In this document: positions 1-9,684 of the stretch, piece after piece
Layout: every line of letters starts with the position of its first letter
Numbering within the stretch: position 1 is the stretch's first letter
Origin: a virus
Taxonomy: Duplodnaviria > Caudoviricetes
Direction: 5' to 3' (one strand)
Virus record (IMG/VR): IMGVR_UViG_2974592485_000001
Location: 1 to 64,000 of that record
Length of the DNA: 64,000 nucleotides
The notes under the pieces: generated by a model
Told to the model about the DNA's origin: nothing
What the model saw: the letters and a program-made list of their open reading frames with translations, nothing else
The model's database searches: none
Program-made: the position numbers and the translations under genes

Positions 1-57
1 GTCGACAGGGTGGGTAGATGAGAATGAGTCTCATTACCGCCCTCCCGTAGCCTCCTA

Positions 58-94
58 ATGGTTACACTCTGTTACTATCCCAGAGTGTAACCAT
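58..94. repeat. 14-bp perfect inverted repeat downstream of dmp
   Basis: ATGGTTACACTCTG / CAGAGTGTAACCAT with a 9-nt loop. Confidence 0.8.
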
Positions 95-110
95 AACTTT
101 TATTTATTAT

Positions 111-812
111 TTAACTTGCTAACAGTTGCATGATGTAATCAGTAGGCGACTCATACTCACTGCGCTCTAATTCCGTCATACTATGCCATGCTAGAGCGGT
201 TCGCTCTGCTAAGCTGGCGTAGTCTGCATCACTGATAGCTTGCTCATCTGCCATTTCCTCCATCGTAGAGCGTACACCCATACTCAGGATTTCATTCACC
301 ATAGTTGCGTCAATAGCATTGAAGCCCATATCGCGTGCTACCGCAAGGACGCCTTTGTGATCGTCGTATACGGTGATATCTGCTACGGGGTACATTTTCC
401 GCAACTGCTCAAAGTAGAACGCTTTATAATCCGCATCACGGCTATAGTACAGGCGTGGCACCTCGGATAAGTGAGGGGCATAGCGATGCAGGGTATCACG
501 GGACATTAACTGCACATTACTACTACCACGTCCCCGCATACCCTGACGCCGCAAGAAATAGTAATCACTTCTATTCATGCGCCTTGCGGTAACAATAGCA
601 TTTGCTTGCGTGTCAGAAGACAAACATTTAAGCATGTATTCCGCTAGGGGTAGGAGCGTGTCGCCCATAATCATTTCATGAGTACAGGCTTCCCGCGCAT
701 ACTTATTTAAATCTAAATCCCCATTGGGACGTAGACAAGGTTGCACACGATGAAACGAATTAATAACCGTTCCGTCCAAATCCCATATATTAAGCTGCCT
801 GACTTGACGCAT
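111..812 (-). CDS. dmp: deoxyribonucleoside-5'-monophosphatase (HAD family), pre-early
   Basis: WDLDGT HAD motif I, VTAR, YDD motif; first gene of T5-like genomes. Confidence 0.9.
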   Translation of the reverse strand: MRQVRQLNIWDLDGTVINSFHRVQPCLRPNGDLDLNKYAREACTHEMIMGDTLLPLAEYMLKCLSSDTQANAIVTARRMNRSDYYFLRRQGMRGRGSSNVQLMSRDTLHRYAPHLSEVPRLYYSRDADYKAFYFEQLRKMYPVADITVYDDHKGVLAVARDMGFNAIDATMVNEILSMGVRSTMEEMADEQAISDADYASLAERTALAWHSMTELERSEYESPTDYIMQLLAS

Positions 813-813
813 A

Positions 814-1095
814 TTAAGCCCCCGACAGTGTAACGGTTATTTGCAAATCAGGGCGGGGAATAAAGGTATTAGATTCTAATTCCTCGGTCATATCATCGCC
901 GTTAAATTCCTGATATACGCGAATAACACCGTTAGAATCAATGTTAATGTACCCGCTCTCAAGAGCAATAACGTATTCATCTACCAAATCGGCGTCTGGT
1001 AATACTGCCTGATATACCTTACCAGTTTCTAAAGACTGGTAAGTATAAGTCTTAGGCACTGAACTTTGTGAGGGTAATTTAACTTTAGCTTTCAT
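814..1095 (-). CDS. hypothetical pre-early protein
   Basis: 93-aa ORF, GGAG RBS, abuts dmp. Confidence 0.75.
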   Translation of the reverse strand: MKAKVKLPSQSSVPKTYTYQSLETGKVYQAVLPDADLVDEYVIALESGYINIDSNGVIRVYQEFNGDDMTEELESNTFIPRPDLQITVTLSGA

Positions 1096-1162
1096 GAAGC
1101 ACTCTCCAATTAAGGGATAAAAATAAAGCGGGACTAATTAAAGCCCCGCTCTAGCGTAATGG

Positions 1163-1525
1163 TTATTGATTGCTTAACCATTTTAACGAGTCGTTTAGCT
1201 CGTCAATACAGATAGAATCCAAAACCGGAACAACAATAAACTCTAGCCCATTACGCCCTGTAACGTCGCACTCCAGCTTAGAATCGTCACGCTGATTAAT
1301 AATAACCACGTATGAGACTTGCGCCTTAAACGGGTTAATAAACACGGTATGACAATCTTCACGCATATCAGACGAGAAGCGTTTAATACCTTCACCCTTC
1401 CCCCGCTCAATATCTAAATTAAAGGTATCGAACGAAATAAACGAAGGGTTAATGATAACGCTACCGTCAACGACGCCGGATTGAATAAAACGTTTACCAT
1501 TGCGATATTGAATTAATACTTTCAT
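1163..1525 (-). CDS. hypothetical pre-early protein
   Basis: 120-aa ORF with GGAG RBS; terminator-like hairpin at 1126-1150. Confidence 0.75.
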   Translation of the reverse strand: MKVLIQYRNGKRFIQSGVVDGSVIINPSFISFDTFNLDIERGKGEGIKRFSSDMREDCHTVFINPFKAQVSYVVIINQRDDSKLECDVTGRNGLEFIVVPVLDSICIDELNDSLKWLSNQ

Positions 1526-1539
1526 GTGTCTGACTCCAA

Positions 1540-3207
1540 TTAAAGGGATTGCAACGCGAAAAAGTCACCGTCTTTAAAATCAATCAAAGTACGAGCACCA
1601 TTTTTATAGGTAATAATATGAGTTTGGCACCAGCTAGACGCGCCGATGTTGTACCCCATATCCAGTGAACCAGTGACACCCGCCGTGTAGACACCGCCGT
1701 AAATGCTAGGCGTATGCGTGTGACCAGTATTAAGACGCCCCAATTTTTTGTACTGCTTAGGAGCGCCCCGACTGCCGTTAATGCCGTTGTGACCGTGTAC
1801 ACCACACTCAATACCTGCAATCTTGAATGACTCGTCAGTCTTGAGGAACACGGCACTGTACGAGCACCCAGCAATCACTCTTAGAGCGTAGTCAAGTACA
1901 TTAAAGTTACTATCCCCCGACTCAATAGCACCGTAGACCGCTGCATTAAGCTGGTGAAACAATTTGGCGTTTGCAGGGTCATACGTGATATTAGCGTTTT
2001 TGTCATCCAGCCAACGTGAAAGAGCTAAGTCGTGGTTAGACTCAACAACAATCGTTTGGCAAAAATCACGCTGACAGGATTCAAGAACTGCTCCAGTATC
2101 CTGCAAGTCATCAAGAACCTTATCGCGCCCTGCGGCATATTGTTCCGCTAGGAATACGCCGCTGTTTCGGTTGTGGTGGTTTCGGCTGGTGAAGTCGTGA
2201 ACATCGTGGATAAACTGGAACTTAGGCCGCAAGAAATCTAATAGCGAGTCATCACTACCAAATGACGCAAGCGCGCATTCATTATCCAGCTTTTCGGCAT
2301 GAATATCCCCATACTGTAACCCCAGCACTGAATCTTCACTGATATTCACTTCATCTGGAGTAATATGCCACTTAAGATCATAGAACTCACCAGAGTCATC
2401 CATAGTTTGCAACTGACGGCACCAGAATTGGCCTTCATCATTGAATTCAACCAATAAAGCGCCGTAACAATGCCGTGTTTCTGCGGATTGCCCTGCCTTT
2501 TGCTGAATATAGTTTTTGAGTGTAGCCGTACCAGTAGAATAAAGACGCTGGACTACTTCACCCTTCAATGCTGGTACAGCCTCGCTAGTAATCTGCGCGT
2601 GACCGATTGCAGCACTAAAACCATTCAAAGACTCAGCAAAACCCGACAGCGGATAATTAGCCGTGGGAAGAATGTTAAGCTGGGCTAAGAAAGCAAATGA
2701 CGTGTTATTAAGGAAACAGTTTGTTTCCTGTAAGAAAGGCGTAAAAATAGGATTGTAATGAATCCCTTTTTCACCTTCTCCATTCTGAAACCCATTTTTA
2801 TTATAGGTGTATTTAGACACCAATAACTTAGCACCTAAAAACTCAGCGTAGTTTACCAAGCTCTGAAAAAATGCCTCATGGGGGAATGTATTATTCTGTA
2901 CGCTGGTAAGAATAAATCTTTTACCAGAAATAACAGGCCAAGACTCGATAGCCGATGTAAGGTTACCCGCTGCAAGCGGTCGGTTATCCACTTTCTCAGC
3001 TTTAGAGGCTTTCACCCGTTCAGCTTTAGGCGGCTTGTTAGCCTCCAGATAGTTATGGATATCTACCGACTTAGAGCAATCTTCAAATAGTTTCTTTGAA
3101 ATTGTCTCACATACAGCTAGGCGGCTTGATCGTAGTCGCTTACCGTAGAAGTTTAAATCATTCGCCGCTGTTACAATGGCGGGAATGTATTTTTCAGCTA
3201 TAGACAT
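1540..3207 (-). CDS. A1: A1 protein (host DNA degradation / second-step transfer; metallophosphoesterase-like)
   Basis: 555 aa, GDIH, HDVHD, SNHD, HGH and GHTH motifs; T5 synteny. Confidence 0.9.
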   Translation of the reverse strand: MSIAEKYIPAIVTAANDLNFYGKRLRSSRLAVCETISKKLFEDCSKSVDIHNYLEANKPPKAERVKASKAEKVDNRPLAAGNLTSAIESWPVISGKRFILTSVQNNTFPHEAFFQSLVNYAEFLGAKLLVSKYTYNKNGFQNGEGEKGIHYNPIFTPFLQETNCFLNNTSFAFLAQLNILPTANYPLSGFAESLNGFSAAIGHAQITSEAVPALKGEVVQRLYSTGTATLKNYIQQKAGQSAETRHCYGALLVEFNDEGQFWCRQLQTMDDSGEFYDLKWHITPDEVNISEDSVLGLQYGDIHAEKLDNECALASFGSDDSLLDFLRPKFQFIHDVHDFTSRNHHNRNSGVFLAEQYAAGRDKVLDDLQDTGAVLESCQRDFCQTIVVESNHDLALSRWLDDKNANITYDPANAKLFHQLNAAVYGAIESGDSNFNVLDYALRVIAGCSYSAVFLKTDESFKIAGIECGVHGHNGINGSRGAPKQYKKLGRLNTGHTHTPSIYGGVYTAGVTGSLDMGYNIGASSWCQTHIITYKNGARTLIDFKDGDFFALQSL

Positions 3208-3296
3208 AGGAATAACTCCAAATTAATTTTTGGGAATCGACATATTAATATATGCCAAAAATAGCCCCGCAATAACAGGGCTATTATTTGCGTATA

Positions 3297-3521
3297 TTAC
3301 GTTATATCAATTAGGCTAGACAACATGCCTAATATAATGGCTGCTAGAGTAAACAGCCAAGCAATGATACGGATATTACGCGCCATCTTGTAGCGGCGGG
3401 AGTATTCCACCCCGCTGCTACCTAGATTGCATTTTGAAAGGAAATCCGCCGCAATAAGCCATAAAACGGAAGCCAGAATAAACATCCCGAAAATAAAAGA
3501 TTCAGATGGGTAGAAAATCAT
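3297..3521 (-). CDS. small membrane protein (2 TM)
   Basis: two hydrophobic segments; ATGA coupling. Confidence 0.7.
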   Translation of the reverse strand: MIFYPSESFIFGMFILASVLWLIAADFLSKCNLGSSGVEYSRRYKMARNIRIIAWLFTLAAIILGMLSSLIDIT

Positions 3522-3772
3522 GATTTAACTACCTCTGTTTCGATATCGTCCAGATGGAAATAATACCCGTCTAAATTTTGAAAGGATTCTCGAAAGAAAT
3601 CACCTTCGGGAATATAAACCCCTTCGATAGTCGCACCTTCCCGCAGTAAACGATACATAACACTTGTGCCTGCTAAGTCGCTATCATCCCCGTCTAGATC
3701 GAAAGTAGAGCACGTTGCGGTCACATCAGGATTATCACGCTGACGCAATTTAACCTTTTGAATATTGCCCAT
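3518..3772 (-). CDS. hypothetical protein
   Basis: 84-aa acidic ORF with GAGG RBS. Confidence 0.7.
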   Translation of the reverse strand: MGNIQKVKLRQRDNPDVTATCSTFDLDGDDSDLAGTSVMYRLLREGATIEGVYIPEGDFFRESFQNLDGYYFHLDDIETEVVKS

Positions 3773-3843
3773 ATTATTAGCCTCACTGAAAAAGAAATAA
3801 AGCCGCTAGAAACTAATAGCGGCTTATACGCACAGCTAGAATA

Positions 3844-4266
3844 TTATTCCGCTGCTTGTTTCACTTCATCAGATAGACCGAGCATTTTCGCCAGATTTTC
3901 CAGCGTGTCGAGTTTTACGCTTTCCAGACTAGCGAACTCATCCGCATCGTCGATAAGCTCTTGTTCGACAGCATGTTTACCAAACACACGCACATAATGC
4001 GCCTTGCGTACAGAAGAACCGCCACCGACTTTACGCGCTTTATCCGCTTTCTGATACGCACCAGCGCTTACCAGCTTAGAGCGCACCTTAACAGGGCTAC
4101 CAGCACCCAATTCCGCAGAAATAGTCGCTAGACCTGTAGAGTTAGCCGCTTCGATACCGTCAGCCGCGACGATTTCCTGATAACGAGACACCGCAAGAGC
4201 GCTATTAGTATCGTCCCAAGAAAACGCCTCTTTCTTGTCGCTTTTAGTGGTTTTAGCCGTAGACAT
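3844..4266 (-). CDS. A2: A2 DNA-binding protein
   Basis: start moved to MSTAKTTK (GGAG RBS); VRSKLVSAGAYQK motif; T5 synteny. Confidence 0.88.
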   Translation of the reverse strand: MSTAKTTKSDKKEAFSWDDTNSALAVSRYQEIVAADGIEAANSTGLATISAELGAGSPVKVRSKLVSAGAYQKADKARKVGGGSSVRKAHYVRVFGKHAVEQELIDDADEFASLESVKLDTLENLAKMLGLSDEVKQAAE

Positions 4267-4638
4267 AGTTAAGACTCCAAAATTGATTAATGGGATATGA
4301 CTAACGTTAATGTTAATCGCTAATAGCCTGCAAATGCATTCGCGTCGAATAGAATACACTCACAGACTATTAACAGTAACACTATTATTTTGTGTACTAG
4401 GTTTCATTTGCACTAATTAAAGTGCGGCGTTATACGATATTAAAACGCCCTAGCTACCATATTTAGCCTATTTCACGCTATAGGTTCGGATTAGCTCACT
4501 GTAGCCGCTTCAAGCAAGATATAGCATCCTCCTTTTAGAGAGGGCGCACCATAACATTGTTTGCGCTTACATGGGTAGTACATCGAAAATCCAACATAGG
4601 CACTTGCCCTATTTATTTTGCGCCGTCGGTGGCGCGGG

Positions 4639-5322
4639 TTATTGCAGGGTAATAGAGCCTGCGGCTACTACACCGTCATCAACTAAGCAAGGACGTCCCT
4701 TACTATCAGTAAAGGCTAGGAAATATTCAATGCCTTTAGATTTTTCACCCATCAGCGACAGGATGAGGAATTTAGTCGCTGGGTAGGTATCACCCACTTT
4801 ACAGTTAGGGAGTTGTTCGCTTTCTTCCTCAATGCGAACCGTTACCAGTTCCGGCACCTTTTGCAATTCTGCAAAAATTTGCAGTTCAAAAGGAAGGTCG
4901 AATACTTCAAAATCACCCGCTTTTGTACGCTCTGGCAGGTCGTTCTTAGGTTCGGCGGTAGGTTGTTCAGGTTCAGCCAAGACGTACTCGTCTGGAGCTA
5001 ACCAGCGAATAATCTTAGCGGCGTCCTTGTCTGCTTTAGATTCGTCAGACGTGGTAATAACCAGATCGCCCTTGTCATCCAAGAACGCCACCATATCGGC
5101 AGGCGGTTCACCGTCTAAGAATTCCACAGCGTCTTCATTAGCAACAAATACAGACGCATAATATTCTTTTCCTACTGTACAATCACGATACATGTTCGGC
5201 TGTACAGACGGCACGGTAACCACAGCAACATACCCCAATTTACCCTCGCGCTCATCCATTGCAAGAGGGAAAGGCATAGGCAGGTCGATCAAGCTAATAC
5301 GGGAAATAGTTGGTAAAGACAT
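4639..5322 (-). CDS. hypothetical protein with internal domain duplication
   Basis: 227-aa ORF, GGAG RBS. Confidence 0.8.
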   Translation of the reverse strand: MSLPTISRISLIDLPMPFPLAMDEREGKLGYVAVVTVPSVQPNMYRDCTVGKEYYASVFVANEDAVEFLDGEPPADMVAFLDDKGDLVITTSDESKADKDAAKIIRWLAPDEYVLAEPEQPTAEPKNDLPERTKAGDFEVFDLPFELQIFAELQKVPELVTVRIEEESEQLPNCKVGDTYPATKFLILSLMGEKSKGIEYFLAFTDSKGRPCLVDDGVVAAGSITLQ

Positions 5323-5366
5323 ATTTTGTTACTCCATCAAATTAAGGGATTATTAGGGAACCAATG

Positions 5367-5642
5367 TTAACGGATAGCTTGCCACAACGTCTGATTTTCG
5401 TTGTGTTCTTTAAGCACCACATCAACGCGATCGCCTGATTTCAGCCGTACACCATAGATTTTATTACCTTTTCTGTTAGTGTCCGTGTCACTGTAGACGG
5501 AATCAATCTTATCGAAAGGGATAAGAGCGCAGCCGCCTTGATATTCTACGGAACCCGTAACAGCGTCACTCACCGTTACAAAAGGGACGTAAACAGATTG
5601 CCCAATTTTTGGGGTAACAGTAAGTGCGGTGGTTTCTTTCAT
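5367..5642 (-). CDS. T5-like pre-early hypothetical protein
   Basis: 91 aa, GGAG RBS. Confidence 0.8.
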   Translation of the reverse strand: MKETTALTVTPKIGQSVYVPFVTVSDAVTGSVEYQGGCALIPFDKIDSVYSDTDTNRKGNKIYGVRLKSGDRVDVVLKEHNENQTLWQAIR

Positions 5643-5759
5643 GGTTAGAACTCCAGTTTAGTTAATGGTATGTTATCCAGTTAATCAGCTTACTAGAAAC
5701 AGGAAGCTGATTAACAGAAAACACACTCAATAATTGGAGTCTATAGCTAATTTCCAGAT

Positions 5760-5771
5760 TGTTAAAGAACA
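5760..5771 (-). promoter_or_regulatory. boxA antitermination element
   Basis: minus strand TGTTCTTTAACA(ATCTGGA), rrn boxA-like. Confidence 0.7.
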
Positions 5772-5843
5772 TGACTACTTAGCATTTTACTAGCGTTTCG
5801 TCGGTACATCGGAAAGCTATCATATAACCCGTTTGCTAGAATA

Positions 5844-5999
5844 TCAAACTGTTTTTTCGTACTCTTCTTTAAGGGCTTCCATCATGTTACGCCATACCAT
5901 GTCAAGCCCTTGCTGGCCGCCGCGCTTATATGATCTGTATCTGCGGCGCATGTCACGTTGAAAGAGACTTAGCATTAAAGGATATCCTGTTAATGGCAT
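5844..5999 (-). CDS. small hypothetical protein (51 aa)
   Basis: MPLTGYPLMLSLFQRD..., GGAGG RBS; below ORF-track cutoff. Confidence 0.6.
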   Translation of the reverse strand: MPLTGYPLMLSLFQRDMRRRYRSYKRGGQQGLDMVWRNMMEALKEEYEKTV

Positions 6000-6157
6000 A
6001 TTACTACCTCCACTAAGTCGAATTCCTTAGTATCGGCACTACAGGACAAGTAATAACTTTTACCGTAGTAGAATGAATTCATGCGTAGTAACAGCGCTTC
6101 TATTTCTGCAACTGTTATGTAGCCGCTGAATTCATCAACAAAGATTTCTCTTTCCAT
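5990..6157 (-). CDS. small hypothetical protein (55 aa)
   Basis: MEREIFVDEFSG..., GAGG RBS. Confidence 0.6.
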   Translation of the reverse strand: MEREIFVDEFSGYITVAEIEALLLRMNSFYYGKSYYLSCSADTKEFDLVEVVICH

Positions 6158-6212
6158 ATTGTTACCTCGTTTACTGGTTAGGCAAACGAGCTATATGATA
6201 ATTTTCCGATTT

Positions 6213-6224
6213 TTTTAAAGAGCA
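6213..6224 (-). promoter_or_regulatory. boxA element
   Basis: TGCTCTTTAAAA on minus strand. Confidence 0.7.
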
Positions 6225-6256
6225 CAAATCAAATGATACAAGCCACCTAAACAATA

Positions 6257-6376
6257 TTAAAGTGGTTTAGTAAAAAACATTTCGTTAACGGTATAAACAA
6301 CTAGGACACCAAAAGCGGTAATACATGTTAAGCCCAATACTTTAGCAATTAGAGTACCGATAAAAATAGTAGTCAT
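6257..6376 (-). CDS. small membrane peptide (39 aa)
   Basis: MTTIFIGTLIAKVLG..., GAGG RBS; enclosed by a 20-bp IR. Confidence 0.6.
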   Translation of the reverse strand: MTTIFIGTLIAKVLGLTCITAFGVLVVYTVNEMFFTKPL

Positions 6377-6418
6377 AAGTAAGCCCTCATAGGTTGAGGT
6401 GGCTTGTATCATTTGAAT

Positions 6419-6430
6419 TTTTAAAGAGCG
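6419..6430 (-). promoter_or_regulatory. boxA element
   Basis: CGCTCTTTAAAA on minus strand. Confidence 0.7.
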
Positions 6431-6480
6431 GTGGAGCAACTAGATAGTAACTTGATAGGCTTGCTTTTGCAAGCACTATT

Positions 6481-6678
6481 TTACCAGTTTTCCTCTTGTC
6501 TTTCCGTTGCGATTTTGATGTTCACACGGTAAGGTTTAACGTTATGCTCTTGTTGCATATGGGATAATGTACCCTGTGCATCAGTAGCGTCATTAGTGTA
6601 GTAAGTTGCCTTACCCACGCTTACCCTGTATTCATCATACTGCTCACTAAAGATGATAGAGGATTTGACTAGAGACAT
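6481..6678 (-). CDS. hypothetical pre-early protein
   Basis: 65 aa, AGGA RBS; enclosed by a 25-bp IR. Confidence 0.7.
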   Translation of the reverse strand: MSLVKSSIIFSEQYDEYRVSVGKATYYTNDATDAQGTLSHMQQEHNVKPYRVNIKIATERQEENW

Positions 6679-6728
6679 GATAGTTTCCTATTTTAAGAGA
6701 AGCCTATCAAGCCACTATCTAGTTATAT

Positions 6729-6740
6729 TATTAAAGAGCG
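6729..6740 (-). promoter_or_regulatory. boxA element
   Basis: CGCTCTTTAATA on minus strand. Confidence 0.7.
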
Positions 6741-6806
6741 TTGCAGGATGAAACAAGGCGATGAATCCGCTTTCATGTTTCCGTGTTGCCGTCCTACGAG
6801 ATAAAT

Positions 6807-6833
6807 ATTATCAATACCCCGCACAGCCTGCAA
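6807..6833 (-). promoter_or_regulatory. putative sigma70 pre-early promoter
   Basis: TTGCAG...GATAAT on minus strand upstream of the boxA cassettes. Confidence 0.45.
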
Positions 6834-6849
6834 GCTGATATTTGTAAAG

Positions 6850-7560
6850 AAGTGTAAAGAGAATCAGGGGACGCTAGGATAGGAAACAGGCGCACGCGTG
6901 TAGCATAAAGAAAATACTCTGTCAAACTATTTCTGTTTTACTGTATATTTATACATGCCGCTAGAAGCTCCTAAAACGCATTCTAAGCGGTTTTCTTCCT
7001 AAGCTGTACATCGGTATCAAAACAAATAGATCTCACTAATGCGAGTAATTCTCATTTGGAACGAAAAGTTGGCATGGGTATTGCTTAATCTAGTAACCCC
7101 TTGTTTTACTGCGTATTTTCGTATGTCAAGCTATTTTTGAAAACCTGTATATTTATACATACCTCTAAAACGCTCTAAAACGCATTCTAAGCGGTTTTAG
7201 GGCTAGGCTGTACATCGGTATCAAAACAAATAGATCTCGATTTAGCACTTTTTGCCACATAAAAGACTTGACACCTTGAATTTATTGAGGTTAACCGTTT
7301 GCGTCTAAATGAGAACAGCTATCAAATGCTAATCACTAGCATTTAGATTATGCACCTACTTATACACAACCTGTATAGGCATACAGTACCCTAAAAGCTC
7401 TTGAGACGAGTTATCTACAGACTTATACACAGGTTATCCTACTGTATATTTGTACAGTAGTTCTGTACAGGACGTTATGCTAATGTACCTCTAAAACGCT
7501 CTAGGAAGCCCGTAGCGGCGTTTATTTTTCTAGGACGTATAATAGGCTTACTTTTAGCTG
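6850..7560. repeat. repeat-rich non-coding block 1 (iss-like) with LexA, DnaA, Fur-like and sigma54-like sites
   Basis: ~100-bp direct repeats (6940-7036, 7144-7248); CTG-N10-CAG at 7371 and 7442; TTATACACA at 7360 and 7423. Confidence 0.8.
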
Positions 7561-7620
7561 GTGGCCTCAAAAGAAAGGGCGCGATCGTTTGCGCCCTAAT
7601 AGTTTATTTGCTGTGTACCT

Positions 7621-7809
7621 CTAGTCCTCAATTACATAACTATCAATGACACCTGACGGGGGAGTTATTACACCCGCCTCGTTTAATAGCTCCAGCATGT
7701 AAGCCTGACGGTCATCTGACTTATGCGCAAAACCTTCAATACGTTTTGCCTCACTATCACCTATACCAATATTTATTTCTGTTTGGAAATATACGGTTAG
7801 CATTGGCAT
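7621..7809 (-). CDS. hypothetical protein
   Basis: 62 aa, GGAGG RBS. Confidence 0.7.
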   Translation of the reverse strand: MPMLTVYFQTEINIGIGDSEAKRIEGFAHKSDDRQAYMLELLNEAGVITPPSGVIDSYVIED

Positions 7810-7812
7810 AAA

Positions 7813-8013
7813 CTAGTCCTCCCGTTCATATCCGCCAATCTCTATATCGGCACGATTAAATGTTAAAGTTTCGGGCAGTATTTCCAACTCTATTAAGCGG
7901 GCTTCTTCCTGAGTCTCTGCATTCTGCAATCGGTCAAGTTGCTCTTGTGTAACTTCTAAGTCAACTCCGCTAGAAGATAATTCTATCCAGACACGCAGTT
8001 TTATTTTAGACAT
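7813..8013 (-). CDS. hypothetical protein
   Basis: start moved to MSKIKL (GAGG RBS). Confidence 0.65.
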   Translation of the reverse strand: MSKIKLRVWIELSSSGVDLEVTQEQLDRLQNAETQEEARLIELEILPETLTFNRADIEIGGYERED

Positions 8014-8191
8014 GAGTAATAACCTCATTTTCTGTAAAGTTTTCACATAGGTTAATAGAGTACCCGTCATCATCATATATCAAGGTGTCATATTGACCCA
8101 CCTCACATAAGGCACGGTTTTCATCAGTATCAGGTACAAGGAAAACGTTAACCTCTGTACGTGTTTGCATGATAGTAATATGTCCGCTCAT
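8006..8191 (-). CDS. hypothetical protein
   Basis: 61-aa ORF. Confidence 0.65.
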   Translation of the reverse strand: MSGHITIMQTRTEVNVFLVPDTDENRALCEVGQYDTLIYDDDGYSINLCENFTENEVITHV

Positions 8192-8324
8192 AGAGTTACC
8201 TATAAAACAAATATTAAAAAGACTAGGACAATGATTATCCAGCTAATAGAAGAGCGGGACAATAGCCTAGCACGGCGTTGGTGCGGGTTGTGTTTCCGCT
8301 GGCTTTGGGTACGCTGAATAAGTC

Positions 8325-8708
8325 TCATTTTCTTTCCCCTAATACTGCGTGAATTATCCCGTCACGCAGGAAGAATGATTCTGTATGTAAGTTAGCAAAC
8401 ATACAGAATATATCATCCCCTGTATCCTCCACGGTTAGGGCTTCTCCCGCATGTTGTATTGTAGCTATACCGTCATTCTCTAGGGATATGAGAATAAGGG
8501 TTAATACTTTGGCGTTAATTAAATAATTAGCACCATAGAAGTTAATGGTTATATTGCCTTTATAGTCAAATGGCAAAGTAGATAATGCACGCTTGAGCAT
8601 ATAAGGCAAATTAGATACAGACGATTGATCATAATAATCGTCCCCAATGTATATAGTAATAGGACGTCTAACAGCGACGTCCTTTAATATTTCTTTACTG
8701 AAATACAT
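8325..8708 (-). CDS. hypothetical protein
   Basis: 127-aa ORF, GGAG RBS. Confidence 0.7.
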   Translation of the reverse strand: MYFSKEILKDVAVRRPITIYIGDDYYDQSSVSNLPYMLKRALSTLPFDYKGNITINFYGANYLINAKVLTLILISLENDGIATIQHAGEALTVEDTGDDIFCMFANLHTESFFLRDGIIHAVLGERK

Positions 8709-8713
8709 TTATA

Positions 8714-9271
8714 TTACTCCCACACGATACGGGTAAACGTTCCATAGAGGTAAGAGGCTGAACGGATAAACCCGTCTACTAGGCGGATAATATCGTTGTG
8801 CTCCCCCGCCATACCATTAACAATCATACTGGTATTAGCTCTAATTAAAGAGCCATCCTGAACCAGCATATCTATTGCGAACATCTGACGTACTAGCGCG
8901 GATTCATCATCCCCACCTGCTGTGTAGCCCATATGGTAACTAGGGTTGAATAAGTATATGGTGCCACATACATTGTCATTTTCTTGCCATTCTAAATCAT
9001 CGGAGCCACAAGAATCGCAGGAAGTATCAGAACCTGACACCTCCCCGCACTCGATGCAGACGTTATCCCCCTCATACCCGAACGAACTAGCGTTTTCAAT
9101 AGCTTGCTCATGCGCGAATTCGTCCAAATTCTCCCCAGCGGCGAACCCTATTAGCTCCATGCTATCAGAGCCACAATATCCCGTAGTACATACAAGTAAC
9201 CCAATTAGGGGGCGGTCTGCAATGCTAGGAGCCGATACAGAGTTACGATAATCAGTTGATGATAAGCCCAT
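8714..9271 (-). CDS. hypothetical protein with zinc ribbon
   Basis: start MGLSSTD (GAGG RBS); CIEC...CDSC. Confidence 0.7.
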   Translation of the reverse strand: MGLSSTDYRNSVSAPSIADRPLIGLLVCTTGYCGSDSMELIGFAAGENLDEFAHEQAIENASSFGYEGDNVCIECGEVSGSDTSCDSCGSDDLEWQENDNVCGTIYLFNPSYHMGYTAGGDDESALVRQMFAIDMLVQDGSLIRANTSMIVNGMAGEHNDIIRLVDGFIRSASYLYGTFTRIVWE

Positions 9272-9281
9272 GATATGCCTC

Positions 9282-9587
9282 TTAAAATACGTCGGGGTTA
9301 ATGAAGATGTAGTCTTCAACACCATAATAGCTAGGGTTGAGCACTACTACATCATTGTTGCAAATTAAGTTTTTGCCATAGCCTACTAGCTCACCATCCT
9401 GTAGTAACGCCATAAGCCCATAGCCATAGTCTTGATATACTATGAAGATACCTTGTTGCGCCACCTTCTCCCAGCAATGGGGACTCCCCATAGATTTCCA
9501 TACTTCCAAATCGTCTACCCGTCCTAGTACATGATTTGCACTTGGTCGCGTACCAGACAACACCTCTAAAATTTCTTGTTCAGTCAT
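9282..9587 (-). CDS. hypothetical protein
   Basis: 101-aa ORF, GAGG RBS. Confidence 0.7.
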   Translation of the reverse strand: MTEQEILEVLSGTRPSANHVLGRVDDLEVWKSMGSPHCWEKVAQQGIFIVYQDYGYGLMALLQDGELVGYGKNLICNNDVVVLNPSYYGVEDYIFINPDVF

Positions 9588-9602
9588 GATTTCCTCACAA
9601 TT

Positions 9603-9614
9603 TGTTAAAGAGCG
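9603..9614 (-). promoter_or_regulatory. boxA element
   Basis: consensus CGCTCTTTAACA on minus strand. Confidence 0.7.
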
Positions 9615-9620
9615 GATAAA

Positions 9621-9652
9621 GAAAAAGCCCTAGAGAATTTCTCTAGGGCTTT
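9621..9652 (-). terminator. rho-independent terminator
   Basis: AAAGCCCTAGAGAA/TTCTCTAGGGCTTT stem with U tract on minus strand. Confidence 0.75.
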
Positions 9653-9684
9653 AGCATATCAGTTACTAGCTGTTAAGGCAAGAA

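Noticed and set aside
7268-7290. SoxR/MerR-type operator
   Set aside because: Palindrome length and sequence fit poorly.
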